Assembly: GCA_963662715.1 (NCBI GenBank)
Contig: OY759724.1
Coordinates: 1,890,001-1,922,000, forward strand
Direction: 5' to 3'
DNA length: 32,000 nucleotides
Source of the DNA: Candidatus Omnitrophota bacterium
GTDB lineage: Bacteria > Omnitrophota > Gorgyraeia > Zapsychrales > JANLHA01
The notes beneath the pieces were generated by a model that saw nothing but the letters and a program-made list of their open reading frames with translations, made no database searches and was not told where the DNA came from. Positions 21,067-28,612 of the stretch are shown here, piece after piece. Within the stretch, counting starts at the first letter, position 1, and every line of letters starts with the position of its first letter. The position numbers and the translations under genes were made by a program.

Positions 21067-21212
21067 AGAAAGAAGCAGGGCGTTTTCCCTGCTCAGACAG
21101 TCCTCGCTGCGGATGTTTTCCTGCACGAGAGTGAAACATCCGGCTGCGGAACTCGCGATGAAAAACCCCCTGCTTCTTTCAGGGGTAGTGAGGATGGCGG
21201 AGGCCGCCTTTT
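21067..21212 (+). other. structured intergenic segment (candidate small RNA, attenuator or complex terminator)
   Basis: 12-bp long-range pairing AAAGAAGCAGGG (21067-21078) / CCCTGCTTCTTT (21168-21179). It competes with a local hairpin AGCAGGG/CCCTGCT (21073-21092). There is an inner 9-bp hairpin CGGATGTTT/AAACATCCG, and a terminal GGCGG-agg-CCGCC-TTTT at 21196-21212. Confidence 0.3.
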
Positions 21213-21316
21213 GTCGGGTACGGAGGATGCAAGATATTATGCCAGGAAAAGAGGAAAGCAGGGAGTTTTCCCTATAGCGTAGCTGAGTGCCTGGGGCAGC
21301 AAAGAGGGTGTAGGGG

Positions 21317-22048
21317 ATGATTATAAAAACCCAAGGAATTGTTTTAAAGTCTTTCGATTTCCGGGAGACGAGCCGTATCGCAACTTTTTTTACCAGGGAG
21401 CAAGGGAAAGTCAGCGGTGTTTTGAAAGGGATCCGCAAGGATCACCGCAAATTCGGCTCCAGCCTGGAGAGATTCAGCGAGAATGACATTGTTTACTATC
21501 AGTATAGAAATTCCGACCTGCATCTTATCAGCCAGTGCGACCTGATCCGGTATTTTCTTGCGGTCCGCCAGGACCTTAAAAAGTCTTTGGCCGCAAGTTA
21601 TATCCTGGAACTGGTTTATATTGTTATGCCTCCGGAAGAAGTGAACAAGAACGTCTATCAGCTGATGCTGGACTTTCTGGCGGCATTGGAAGAGACGACA
21701 GATATCAACCAGCTTGTTTATATTTTTCAGATCAAAATGTTGTCTTATTCCGGTTTCCGCCCGCATCTGGATGCGTGTTTGAAATGCAAGCGGGAAGTTT
21801 CCGGAACGGTCAAATTCAGTCCCCAGGAAGGCGGGCTGATCTGCTTGAAATGCCGCTCTGCCGACCCCAATATCCAGATGATTTCTCAGGGGACGGTGTC
21901 TTCGATCCTTCATGTCGAGAAAAGCGACTGGGCGGGGTGCCTGAGATTAAAGTATTCTCCTTTTGTCCAAAAAGAGTTAAAATATATACTAAATAATTTT
22001 CTGGTGTTTCATTTAGGGAAAAAAATCCGTTCAGCAAAATATGTCTAA
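21317..22048 (+). CDS. recO: DNA repair protein RecO
   Basis: 243 aa. The N-terminal OB pattern MIIKTQGIVLKSFDFRETSRI is typical of RecO. Zn-finger CLKC...CLKC. Confidence 0.9.
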   Translation: MIIKTQGIVLKSFDFRETSRIATFFTREQGKVSGVLKGIRKDHRKFGSSLERFSENDIVYYQYRNSDLHLISQCDLIRYFLAVRQDLKKSLAASYILELVYIVMPPEEVNKNVYQLMLDFLAALEETTDINQLVYIFQIKMLSYSGFRPHLDACLKCKREVSGTVKFSPQEGGLICLKCRSADPNIQMISQGTVSSILHVEKSDWAGCLRLKYSPFVQKELKYILNNFLVFHLGKKIRSAKYV

Positions 22049-22134
22049 TTAGAAGTCCTTTCAAGACCTCTCCTCGATGAATCCGGTTCCGCAAGGAGGT
22101 CTTGGGACGGCTTCCCATGGAAAAGGAGTCAAGC

Positions 22135-22821
22135 ATGAGAAGAAAAGCACAGGGATTAATGAGTATTTTATTTGTTTTGACGCTGCTGACAGGCGCCTCC
22201 GCGGCCGAAGCGCAGGAGGGATCCCCCATCCTGGATGCCGCTCAGCAGGCTTTAATGGAAAAAACACTGCAGAGCGGGACCCTGGATATTTTTGATGCAG
22301 AGAGTAACCAGGTGAGAAATTTGCAGAGGATCAAGGTTTCCGATCAGGTGACCCGTCAGGATGATGGGCATGTGGTGCTCGCTGATTACCGGGATATCAA
22401 CACCGGTGATATTGTGGAAATTGAAGTCATCGTTGTCGAGGACGGGGCTGATTATCAGGCCGAAGATATAAGGATTAAAGGGGTCAAAGCGTTGGAAAAA
22501 GATGAATCGCTTAAAGATAAAGAGTATACGGATGAAGAGATCCAGGCGTTCATGCGCAATGCTCTGGAGAAGCAGGGGCAGTTCACTGACGGCAAAATCA
22601 TGCTGTTTGACGAGGATGCCGCCAAGATGCGGAACCTGGAATTGCTGGAACTGAAAGACGAAGTCCGCCGCATGGGTATTTTCTACAACTGCCGGGGCCA
22701 GTTCCGTGATGCGGACAGCGGCGACCTTTTGGGGATTGACGTTTCTGTTGAAAACAAAGACGGGGTTTTGATGATGCAGGCGCTGCGCATCAGGAATGTC
22801 CGTAAAGCCCCGAAAGAGTAA
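22135..22821 (+). CDS. hypothetical secreted protein with two tandem homologous domains
   Basis: ATG 22135 lies 6 nt after AAGGAG (22123-22128). Signal peptide MRRKAQGLMSILFVLTLLTGASAAEA. Two halves align to each other (..D..S/A...RNL... ...D..GD...I.V.V.. ...IRI..V.KA). Confidence 0.7.
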   Translation: MRRKAQGLMSILFVLTLLTGASAAEAQEGSPILDAAQQALMEKTLQSGTLDIFDAESNQVRNLQRIKVSDQVTRQDDGHVVLADYRDINTGDIVEIEVIVVEDGADYQAEDIRIKGVKALEKDESLKDKEYTDEEIQAFMRNALEKQGQFTDGKIMLFDEDAAKMRNLELLELKDEVRRMGIFYNCRGQFRDADSGDLLGIDVSVENKDGVLMMQALRIRNVRKAPKE

Positions 22822-22896
22822 ACCTGCGGCCCTTCGGGCGGTCTTAACGGATTTTGCACTCGCGGCCGGACGCCCTATGGTGAATTTAAATATGAA

Positions 22897-22934
22897 GGGC
22901 AGGTGAGGAGATTTCCGCTCACCTGCCCTTTTTG
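22897..22934 (+). terminator. rho-independent terminator
   Basis: GGGCAGGTGAG (22897-22907) pairs with CTCACCTGCCC (22918-22928), followed by TTTTT. Confidence 0.85.
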
Positions 22935-23005
22935 ATTAAGAGGCGTCCCGTAAGGATGGCGTTTCTGCCCCGACTATTGGGTGAGCCCGAAGAAAAAGGT
23001 GTGTT

Positions 23006-24052
23006 ATGGAAAACAAAATTTTATTTTTTGATACCAAGCCTTACGACAAGAAATCTTTCGAAGAAAGTAATGAGCCGTTTCATTATGAAATAACTTATTT
23101 GAAGACCCATCTCAACCAGGAAACGGCCAAATTTGCCTCGGGCTATCCCAGTGTGTGCGCTTTTGTGAATGACGAGATTGACGCTTCGGTGATCAGGATT
23201 CTTAAACAGGAAGGGGTGAAGCTTATCGCTCTTCGCAGTGCCGGGTATAATAACGTGGATTTAAAGGCCGCGTATGATAACCGGCTTCATGTTGTGCGTG
23301 TGCCCGGTTATTCCCCGCATGCCGTGGCCGAGCATGCCGTGGCCCTTATGCTGACGCTCAACCGCAAGACACACAAAGCGTATTTCCGGACGAGGGACGG
23401 GAATTTTTCCATTAACGGATTATTGGGGTTTGACATGCACCGGAAGACCGCCGGCGTTGTGGGCACCGGACAGATCGGCCTGTGTCTTATTAACATCCTG
23501 CGGGGTATGGGGATGGAAATCTTGGTTTACGACCCTTACCCTAATAAAATTCTGGAGGGCAAGGAAGGGGTTTCTTATGTCGATCTGCCGGAGCTTTACA
23601 GACGGTCTGATGTGATTTCCCTGCACTGTCCTCTGACCACTGCGACCCATCACATGATCCAGGAAAAAAGCATAGCCCAGATGAAAGACGGCGTCATGCT
23701 GATTAACACCGGGAGGGGAAAGCTTATAAAAACAACGGCGCTTATCTCGGGTCTTAAACAGGGGAAGATCGGCTCGGCCGGCCTGGATGTTTATGAGGAG
23801 GAGCACGAATACTTTTTTGAGGATTTTTCCTCCTCTTTAATCAGCGATGATCTTTTGGCCCGCCTTTTGACATTCCCGAATGTGCTGATCACGTCTCATC
23901 AGGGTTTTTTCACCCGCGAGGCGCTGGCGAATATTGCCGACACAACCCTGCGGAACATTTCCGCTTTTCTCAAGGGGGAATTTATGGAGAATGAAATTTG
24001 CTATAGATGCGGGAACGTCTGCCGCAAAAAGCAGGGGAAAAGGTGTTTTTAA
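23006..24052 (+). CDS. ldhA: D-lactate dehydrogenase / D-isomer-specific 2-hydroxyacid dehydrogenase
   Basis: 348 aa, collinear with the LdhA pattern (KPYDKK..., VRVPGYSPHAVAEHAVALMLTLNRK, GVVGTGQIG). It carries an extra C-terminal Cys-rich tail of about 17 aa. Confidence 0.85.
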   Translation: MENKILFFDTKPYDKKSFEESNEPFHYEITYLKTHLNQETAKFASGYPSVCAFVNDEIDASVIRILKQEGVKLIALRSAGYNNVDLKAAYDNRLHVVRVPGYSPHAVAEHAVALMLTLNRKTHKAYFRTRDGNFSINGLLGFDMHRKTAGVVGTGQIGLCLINILRGMGMEILVYDPYPNKILEGKEGVSYVDLPELYRRSDVISLHCPLTTATHHMIQEKSIAQMKDGVMLINTGRGKLIKTTALISGLKQGKIGSAGLDVYEEEHEYFFEDFSSSLISDDLLARLLTFPNVLITSHQGFFTREALANIADTTLRNISAFLKGEFMENEICYRCGNVCRKKQGKRCF

Positions 24053-24070
24053 CGCGGGGGGAAATTTAAC

Positions 24071-24694
24071 ATGAACACTCCTTTCAACAGAGAAACAATA
24101 CACCGTTATCTGAGCCGGACCGTTATCTTGTTTTTTTTCCTGTTCTGCCTGTCCGCGTCCCGAGGGGAGGCCGTGGAAGAATACCGCATCGATCCGGGGC
24201 CGTCGCATATTAAAGGTTCTATCAAATACAGCGTTGTGGGCCGGTATCACGCGGAGTTCAATAAATTCTCCGGCGTCCTTTATTACGACCCTGCCCAGAA
24301 GAAACTCGTCGGAGTAAGCCTGACGATCGAAAACGCATCCCTGCAGTCCAGGTTCGACAATTTAGACCGGATCGTGCAGTCTCCCCGGCTGCTGTACGTC
24401 GAAAAATACCCCACGACCACGTTTCATAGCAAATCCATGGTCCCGGTTGAGAAGAATAAATATATTGTTACCGGGGATCTGAGCCTTCACGGCGTTACCC
24501 GGGAGATCTCTTTCCCTTTCTCAGCCGAAGGGCCTTTGCCGAAGGATGCGCCTGCCGGCATTTCGGCTAAAGGGCTCTGGATTATCCCCCGCAAGGATTA
24601 TGATATCTATTGGCATGAAATTTTAGACAAGGGGGGGATATTGGTCGGGAATCATTTGAAGGTCGATTGGGAAATTCATGCTTTTAAGGAATAA
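24071..24694 (+). CDS. YceI-family periplasmic polyisoprenoid-binding-like protein
   Basis: 207 aa. Signal peptide, then IDPGPSHIKGSIKY...FNKFSG and TGDLSLHGVTREISFPF, both typical of the YceI domain. Confidence 0.8.
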   Translation: MNTPFNRETIHRYLSRTVILFFFLFCLSASRGEAVEEYRIDPGPSHIKGSIKYSVVGRYHAEFNKFSGVLYYDPAQKKLVGVSLTIENASLQSRFDNLDRIVQSPRLLYVEKYPTTTFHSKSMVPVEKNKYIVTGDLSLHGVTREISFPFSAEGPLPKDAPAGISAKGLWIIPRKDYDIYWHEILDKGGILVGNHLKVDWEIHAFKE

Positions 24695-24888
24695 CGCCTT
24701 TTTTCTCCGGTTCATTGGCCGGACGGATTGATGTTGTCCGGGGCATTAGTCGCCGGAACGACGGCGCCCTGGGACAGAAGCTGTCCGGGCACGATATTAT
24801 GACGAACACGGCCGTGTAAAAACAGCGACCCTGACGGCCGGGATTTTCATTTATCTATTTTTTGCCGTTAATTTTTAGGGAGGATTTT

Positions 24889-25421
24889 ATGCGGAAAATA
24901 AAAGAGCAGATATTATATGAAGGCCAATGGCTCGTTCTTCTGGAATCGGCGAGCAGGGCGAGGAAGTGCTTTGGGAGAGCATACGGCGCAAACGGCATGG
25001 CCAGAGCATTATTGTTATCGCGAAAATGGTCCCTTCGCAACGGTATATCCTTATCAAACAGTTCCGGCAGACTTTAAACGGGTATGTCATCGGTTTCCCG
25101 GCCGGCATCTCCTATTCTGATGCCCGTCACGGCCTGCAGGAACTGAAAGAAGAAACCGGATTCATAGGACAGATCATCGAAGAAAGCCCGGTCCTGAAAG
25201 CGACGATCGGGCTTATTGATGAGGATTGTCAGGTGATTACAGTGGACGTTGATGAACGTCATCCGCAGAACCAGGCTCCCGTGCAAGACCTGGATTCTTC
25301 CGAAGAGATCGAAGTGCTGGTGCTTCCTAAAGATGAAATCAAAACAGTTCTGCTCCGGGAACAGGAAAACGGAACCCATATCGCTGCCGGTGTCTGGTAT
25401 ATTTTCGGATTGTCCGTTTGA
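24889..25421 (+). pseudogene. NUDIX hydrolase (ADP-ribose pyrophosphatase-like) with an apparent -1 frame break near 24943-24950
   Basis: A strong RBS GGGAGG (24878-24883) and ATG 24889 open MRKIKEQILYEGQWLVLLE, a typical NudF-like N-terminus. That frame runs into unrelated sequence and stops at 25077. The Nudix fold continues in the -1 frame (IGEQGEEVLWESIRR...QELKEETGF) to 25421. Confidence 0.7.
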
Positions 25422-25624
25422 GGTCATTGCCTCTTAAACAGCGGGAGCTGTCCCAAACAAAATTATCGTATTTTTTTTAACCTTCCGTTTTAACCTTTAT
25501 ATTTTCAGATTCTTTTTGCACATTTTGGCGATATTTTTTTACAGATCGTGTGGACGAATGTTTTTAAAATATTGTTTAAAAACAAGAAATTTTTCTGTTC
25601 GTTAAGCTTGGCTTGATTTCCTGC

Positions 25625-25644
25625 CTAATGTTATACGTCGTTCC
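25625..25644 (+). repeat. 20-nt direct repeat, copy 1, containing a core-site-like GTTATAC
   Basis: CTAATGTTATACGTCGTTCC matches 25951-25970 at 18 of 20 positions. GTTATAC is identical to the R' box of attC3. Confidence 0.6.
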
Positions 25645-25950
25645 TGAATAACAAAGAATAAAACACAAAAGCGTCTTTTGTTAAAATTAAATAGCTGAAA
25701 ATGGTCATTTTTTTAGATAATTAAGCTATTTTATCTCAAAAAGTTAAGTCTATTTAACTTGTTTGCGTATTTTTAAGGATACTTAAATAAATAATTAAAG
25801 CGACTTGATGATTAATGCGGAAAAATATTGGAAAATGTCAATAAATGTCAGCTTAAGGGCGCCTGAAGCCATTGACAATATTTGAAACATCAGTTAAAAA
25901 GAAGAAGCAATACTATAATTATCCATATATTTTTATTTTATAAAAATTTA

Positions 25951-25970
25951 CTAATGTTATACGACGTCCC
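25951..25970 (+). repeat. 20-nt direct repeat, copy 2, containing a core-site-like GTTATAC
   Basis: CTAATGTTATACGACGTCCC, lying 326 nt downstream of copy 1. Confidence 0.6.
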
Positions 25971-26052
25971 AATTAACGGTATAATTAAGGGCAAATGCGA
26001 CTTTGTTGCCGTAAAGCTGGCGCGAAAACAAGCATTTTTCAAATAAAATAAG

Positions 26053-26128
26053 GTATAATGAAAAAAACACACCAAGGGAAGGGAACGAAATCCCCGCCCT
26101 TAGTCACGACGTAGAATAATTGTTATGT
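26053..26128 (+). repeat. possible degenerate attC (attC0) or attI-like junction ending in the first cassette boundary
   Basis: 76 nt from GTATAAT (one C-to-T change away from GTATAAC, the complement of the GTTATAC at 25956) to GTTATGT (26122-26128). There is an internal imperfect stem CCAAGGGAAGGGA / TCCCCGCCCTTAG. Only the R' end is well supported. Confidence 0.3.
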
Positions 26129-26688
26129 GTAAAATTATGAAAAATAATGGAATAAAAATATTTGGATTAGTTTTGTTGCTTATTGCATGGGGCGCTGATT
26201 ATTTCATACTTTCAAAAGCAAAAGAAAATCTGAAAAAAATTGAATTTGCGGTCGTAAATAGTGGGATCGTTGATAATAGCTCAAAGCTAAATTTTATAAA
26301 ATATATAGAGCAAGAAAGAATTGAACCCAAATTATTGAGTCTTTCATACAGGGATAAACTTGAGGGCATTGCAGCTACAACTCTACTTTTAAAACAATCT
26401 GGAATCAAACCTGACTCGATAGATTCAAACCTCCTTAATGAGATCAACGCATTATTAAGATTTGTTAATACCGCATATGACAATGGCTCTTCTTTGGAGC
26501 CAAAAGACATACAAAGGGATATTCGACATGAGATAGTTGTTCTCGAAAATCGAGTTCATAAATACCTCACTAAATGCCTAAAACAATCGAAGGATAAATA
26601 TAAAATATGGGATATTGTTTTTGTGGCAATGTATAGCATTGGAACAATTTTTTTGATTATCGGAGAAACTAAAGAAAAAAACACATAA
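26125..26688 (+). CDS. cassette 1: hypothetical 2-TM membrane protein
   Basis: 187 aa. N-terminal helix IKIFGLVLLLIAWGADYFIL and C-terminal helix IWDIVFVAMYSIGTIFLIIG flank a helical region of about 130 aa. ATG 26125 lies inside the R' box, and ATG 26137 is an alternative start. The TAA stop lies inside the R'' box CATAAC. Confidence 0.6.
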   Translation: MCKIMKNNGIKIFGLVLLLIAWGADYFILSKAKENLKKIEFAVVNSGIVDNSSKLNFIKYIEQERIEPKLLSLSYRDKLEGIAATTLLLKQSGIKPDSIDSNLLNEINALLRFVNTAYDNGSSLEPKDIQRDIRHEIVVLENRVHKYLTKCLKQSKDKYKIWDIVFVAMYSIGTIFLIIGETKEKNT

Positions 26689-26744
26689 CAAATCGTTCCA
26701 AGCGGAGCCAAAAGAGCGCGCGCTTGAGCTCTGGCGTTATGCAA
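26681..26744 (+). repeat. attC1 recombination site (about 60 nt)
   Basis: R'' is ACACATAAC (26681-26689) and R' is GTTATGCAA (26736-26744). The imperfect internal stem GTTCCAAGCG / CGCTTGAGC has one unpaired base. Confidence 0.7.
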
Positions 26745-26762
26745 GAAATAGAAAGGTAAAGG

Positions 26763-27710
26763 ATGATAGAAAAAGTTGATTTGCTCACAAGAGACAACTT
26801 GACTCGTCATATTAAAAAAAAGATCTCAAATTTATCCGAAATCTCAGACCTTGTTCCTACCAATCAAAATCTACTAATTTTGAAATCATTTTTGCCGCTT
26901 ATTGTAGCCTATTTCGAAGCATCTATAATTGATACTATAAAAGAATATTCATTGGCCAGACCTTATGAAATCGTAACATCAAAGAATGTAAAAGAGATAT
27001 TAAATGATAAGCGTTTCACACAAAATAGGGATAATTTTGAGGAAAAACAATTTGAAGAATACGTCTTAGAAGAATATCTTTCTCAGATCGAAAATCAATG
27101 CCTTAAAGATAAGATTAAGAAGCTTGGTGATTTGTTGCAAATAAAAGTTGACCTTGGTGACGAAAGCTGGGAGCAGATCAAAGAAATAGTCGCAAGAAGG
27201 AATTGTTTGATACACAATGATTTAATTGCAAATGAGGTTTATTTTAAGCAAGCTGGAGCACAAGCGAAAAAGACGTTAAAGATAGACATTCCATATCTTT
27301 TGGCGACTATTCAAATAGTGTCTACCTTTCTTTCGAAAATTCAAAAGAATATAGATGAAAATTATGGTTCAAATTCAGAAGTTGCCGCAATAGAGCGATT
27401 ATGGAATTATTTTTTTGAAGGTCAGTTTAAATTGAAGTTTAATGATTGTTGGCAAGAAGAAAGAGGACACGTTAGCTATAAGGGGCCGCAATTGGAAGGC
27501 TTGAAAGATTGCCATTCGCCGCGGACTATTTTTTTGTGGTCTGCATGGATGTCTTTTTTCAATGGTAGTGATCTAAAGAATTTTTATTCGATATTTTCTC
27601 TTAGCGAAGAAGAAAGGGAAATTTATTTAAATAAATTTATTTTCTTGATGAGATGCTTTGAGAAAATAAGTTTTCAATCTTTTAAGGTTCATATTTATGA
27701 TAAAAAGTAA
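26763..27710 (+). CDS. cassette 2: HEPN-like protein (RiboL-PSP/Abi-type Rx4H motif) with an unknown C-terminal domain
   Basis: 315 aa. EIVARRNCLIHND (R146-x4-H151, nt 27198-27215) lies at the end of an all-helical N-terminal half, as in HEPN nuclease domains. The C-terminal region of about 110 aa (Trp/Phe-rich) is not recognised. Confidence 0.45.
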   Translation: MIEKVDLLTRDNLTRHIKKKISNLSEISDLVPTNQNLLILKSFLPLIVAYFEASIIDTIKEYSLARPYEIVTSKNVKEILNDKRFTQNRDNFEEKQFEEYVLEEYLSQIENQCLKDKIKKLGDLLQIKVDLGDESWEQIKEIVARRNCLIHNDLIANEVYFKQAGAQAKKTLKIDIPYLLATIQIVSTFLSKIQKNIDENYGSNSEVAAIERLWNYFFEGQFKLKFNDCWQEERGHVSYKGPQLEGLKDCHSPRTIFLWSAWMSFFNGSDLKNFYSIFSLSEEEREIYLNKFIFLMRCFEKISFQSFKVHIYDKK

Positions 27711-27736
27711 TTTTGTTAATGATTTTGTTAAATTAA

Positions 27737-27800
27737 TTGCATAACAAACGCGTCCAGCGGACGCCGCTATGCGCCGCCAATGATGTGCAAGCGTTATGCT
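27737..27800 (+). repeat. attC2 recombination site (about 61 nt)
   Basis: R'' is TTGCATAAC (27737-27745) and R' is GTTATGCT (27793-27800). The GC-rich imperfect palindrome includes GCGG(A)CGC / GCGCCGC with a bulged A. Confidence 0.65.
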
Positions 27801-27817
27801 AAAAACTTGGAGAAAAA

Positions 27818-28519
27818 ATGAGTGAATCTGAAGAAATTGCTAAGGCTATCCAGCAGTCGGCCAAACTTGGAGAAAAGGGGTTAGATGTCGCAGAGAAAGC
27901 CGGTGGTTTCATTGCTAAAGTATTTAAGGAACCCATATCTGAAGTTAGTGGCCTAATTACAGACAAACTAAGGTTTGTACGTTGGAGAAGACTTGTTAAG
28001 ATGTCAGATGAAGTTAATCAGATTCTCATTGAAAAAGGAATCAATGAAACAAAAGCTGTTCCACCAAAATTAGCACTTCCGATTTTTGAGGACTCTTCAC
28101 TTGAAGATGACCAAGATATTCAGTCTTTGTGGAATCATCTCTTAGCAAATGCTATGAATCCTGAGTTTAATGATGAAATCAGGTTTGGCTTCATTGATAT
28201 GATTAAAAACATTACCGGAACCGAAGCACAACTACTTAATTCATTCTATGAAATTTTAAAAAGAGAAAATAAGCTTAATCCAGTTGAAAATATAAATCAA
28301 TACACTCTTACCAAAGAGCAGTTGATTCAAATTCTAAATATCTCAGTATCCAAATATGTGATATCAGCCCATAATTTGATGAGGATGCAATTGATTGAAC
28401 CTGCAATTCTAACCGGGGGTATTAGAATGGGATCGGAACCAGTTACAATATACAAAGGAATCGATGTTATTACTTTAACCCCTCTAGGTGTTAAGTTTAT
28501 TGAAGCTTGTATCAAATAA
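27818..28519 (+). CDS. cassette 3: Abi-alpha / DUF4393-like protein (abortive-infection-associated family)
   Basis: 233 aa. LITDKLRFVRWRRLVKMSDEVNQILIEKGI...PPKLALPIFEDSSLEDDQDIQSLWNHLLANAMNPE matches my recollection of the DUF4393 pattern (..W...N......A...L...G....P.KL..P.LE.AS.E.D..LQ..WA.LLA.A..). RBS GGAG at 27808-27811. Confidence 0.6.
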   Translation: MSESEEIAKAIQQSAKLGEKGLDVAEKAGGFIAKVFKEPISEVSGLITDKLRFVRWRRLVKMSDEVNQILIEKGINETKAVPPKLALPIFEDSSLEDDQDIQSLWNHLLANAMNPEFNDEIRFGFIDMIKNITGTEAQLLNSFYEILKRENKLNPVENINQYTLTKEQLIQILNISVSKYVISAHNLMRMQLIEPAILTGGIRMGSEPVTIYKGIDVITLTPLGVKFIEACIK

Positions 28520-28600
28520 AGCATAACAATCGCATTCAGAGCGAATTCACCCGCCGCTCCTTCGTCGCTCTGGGTGAATCGCCTGATGCCTGCGTTATAC
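28520..28600 (+). repeat. attC3 recombination site (about 80 nt)
   Basis: R'' is AGCATAAC (28520-28527) and R' is GTTATAC (28594-28600). Unpaired 4-nt spacers (AATC / CTGC) flank the stem. The left arm 28532-28552 pairs with 28572-28589, leaving three unpaired left-arm bases, as expected for attC extrahelical bases. Confidence 0.8.
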
Positions 28601-28612
28601 TAAAGGAGAGCA

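Noticed and set aside
21249-21266. GAGGAAAGCAGGG resembling the RNase P RNA CR-I motif (GAGGAAAGUCC).
   Set aside because: The match breaks at the critical UCC. No other RNase P conserved regions are present, and the region is far too short.
25581-25600. Small AT-rich hairpins in the leader, such as GTTTTTAAA/TTTAAAAAC at 25560-25583, AACAAGAAA/TTTCTGTT, and AAGTTAA/TTAACTT at 25741-25761.
   Set aside because: Such short A/T palindromes are expected by chance in very AT-rich DNA. None has the R-box/L-box layout or the length of an attC.
25437-26125. Integron integrase (intI) or its remnant upstream of the first cassette.
   Set aside because: No ORF of 60 aa or more exists on either strand, and the region is stop-rich and very AT-rich. 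I could not see tyrosine-recombinase motifs by eye. A heavily decayed pseudogene cannot be excluded without tblastn.
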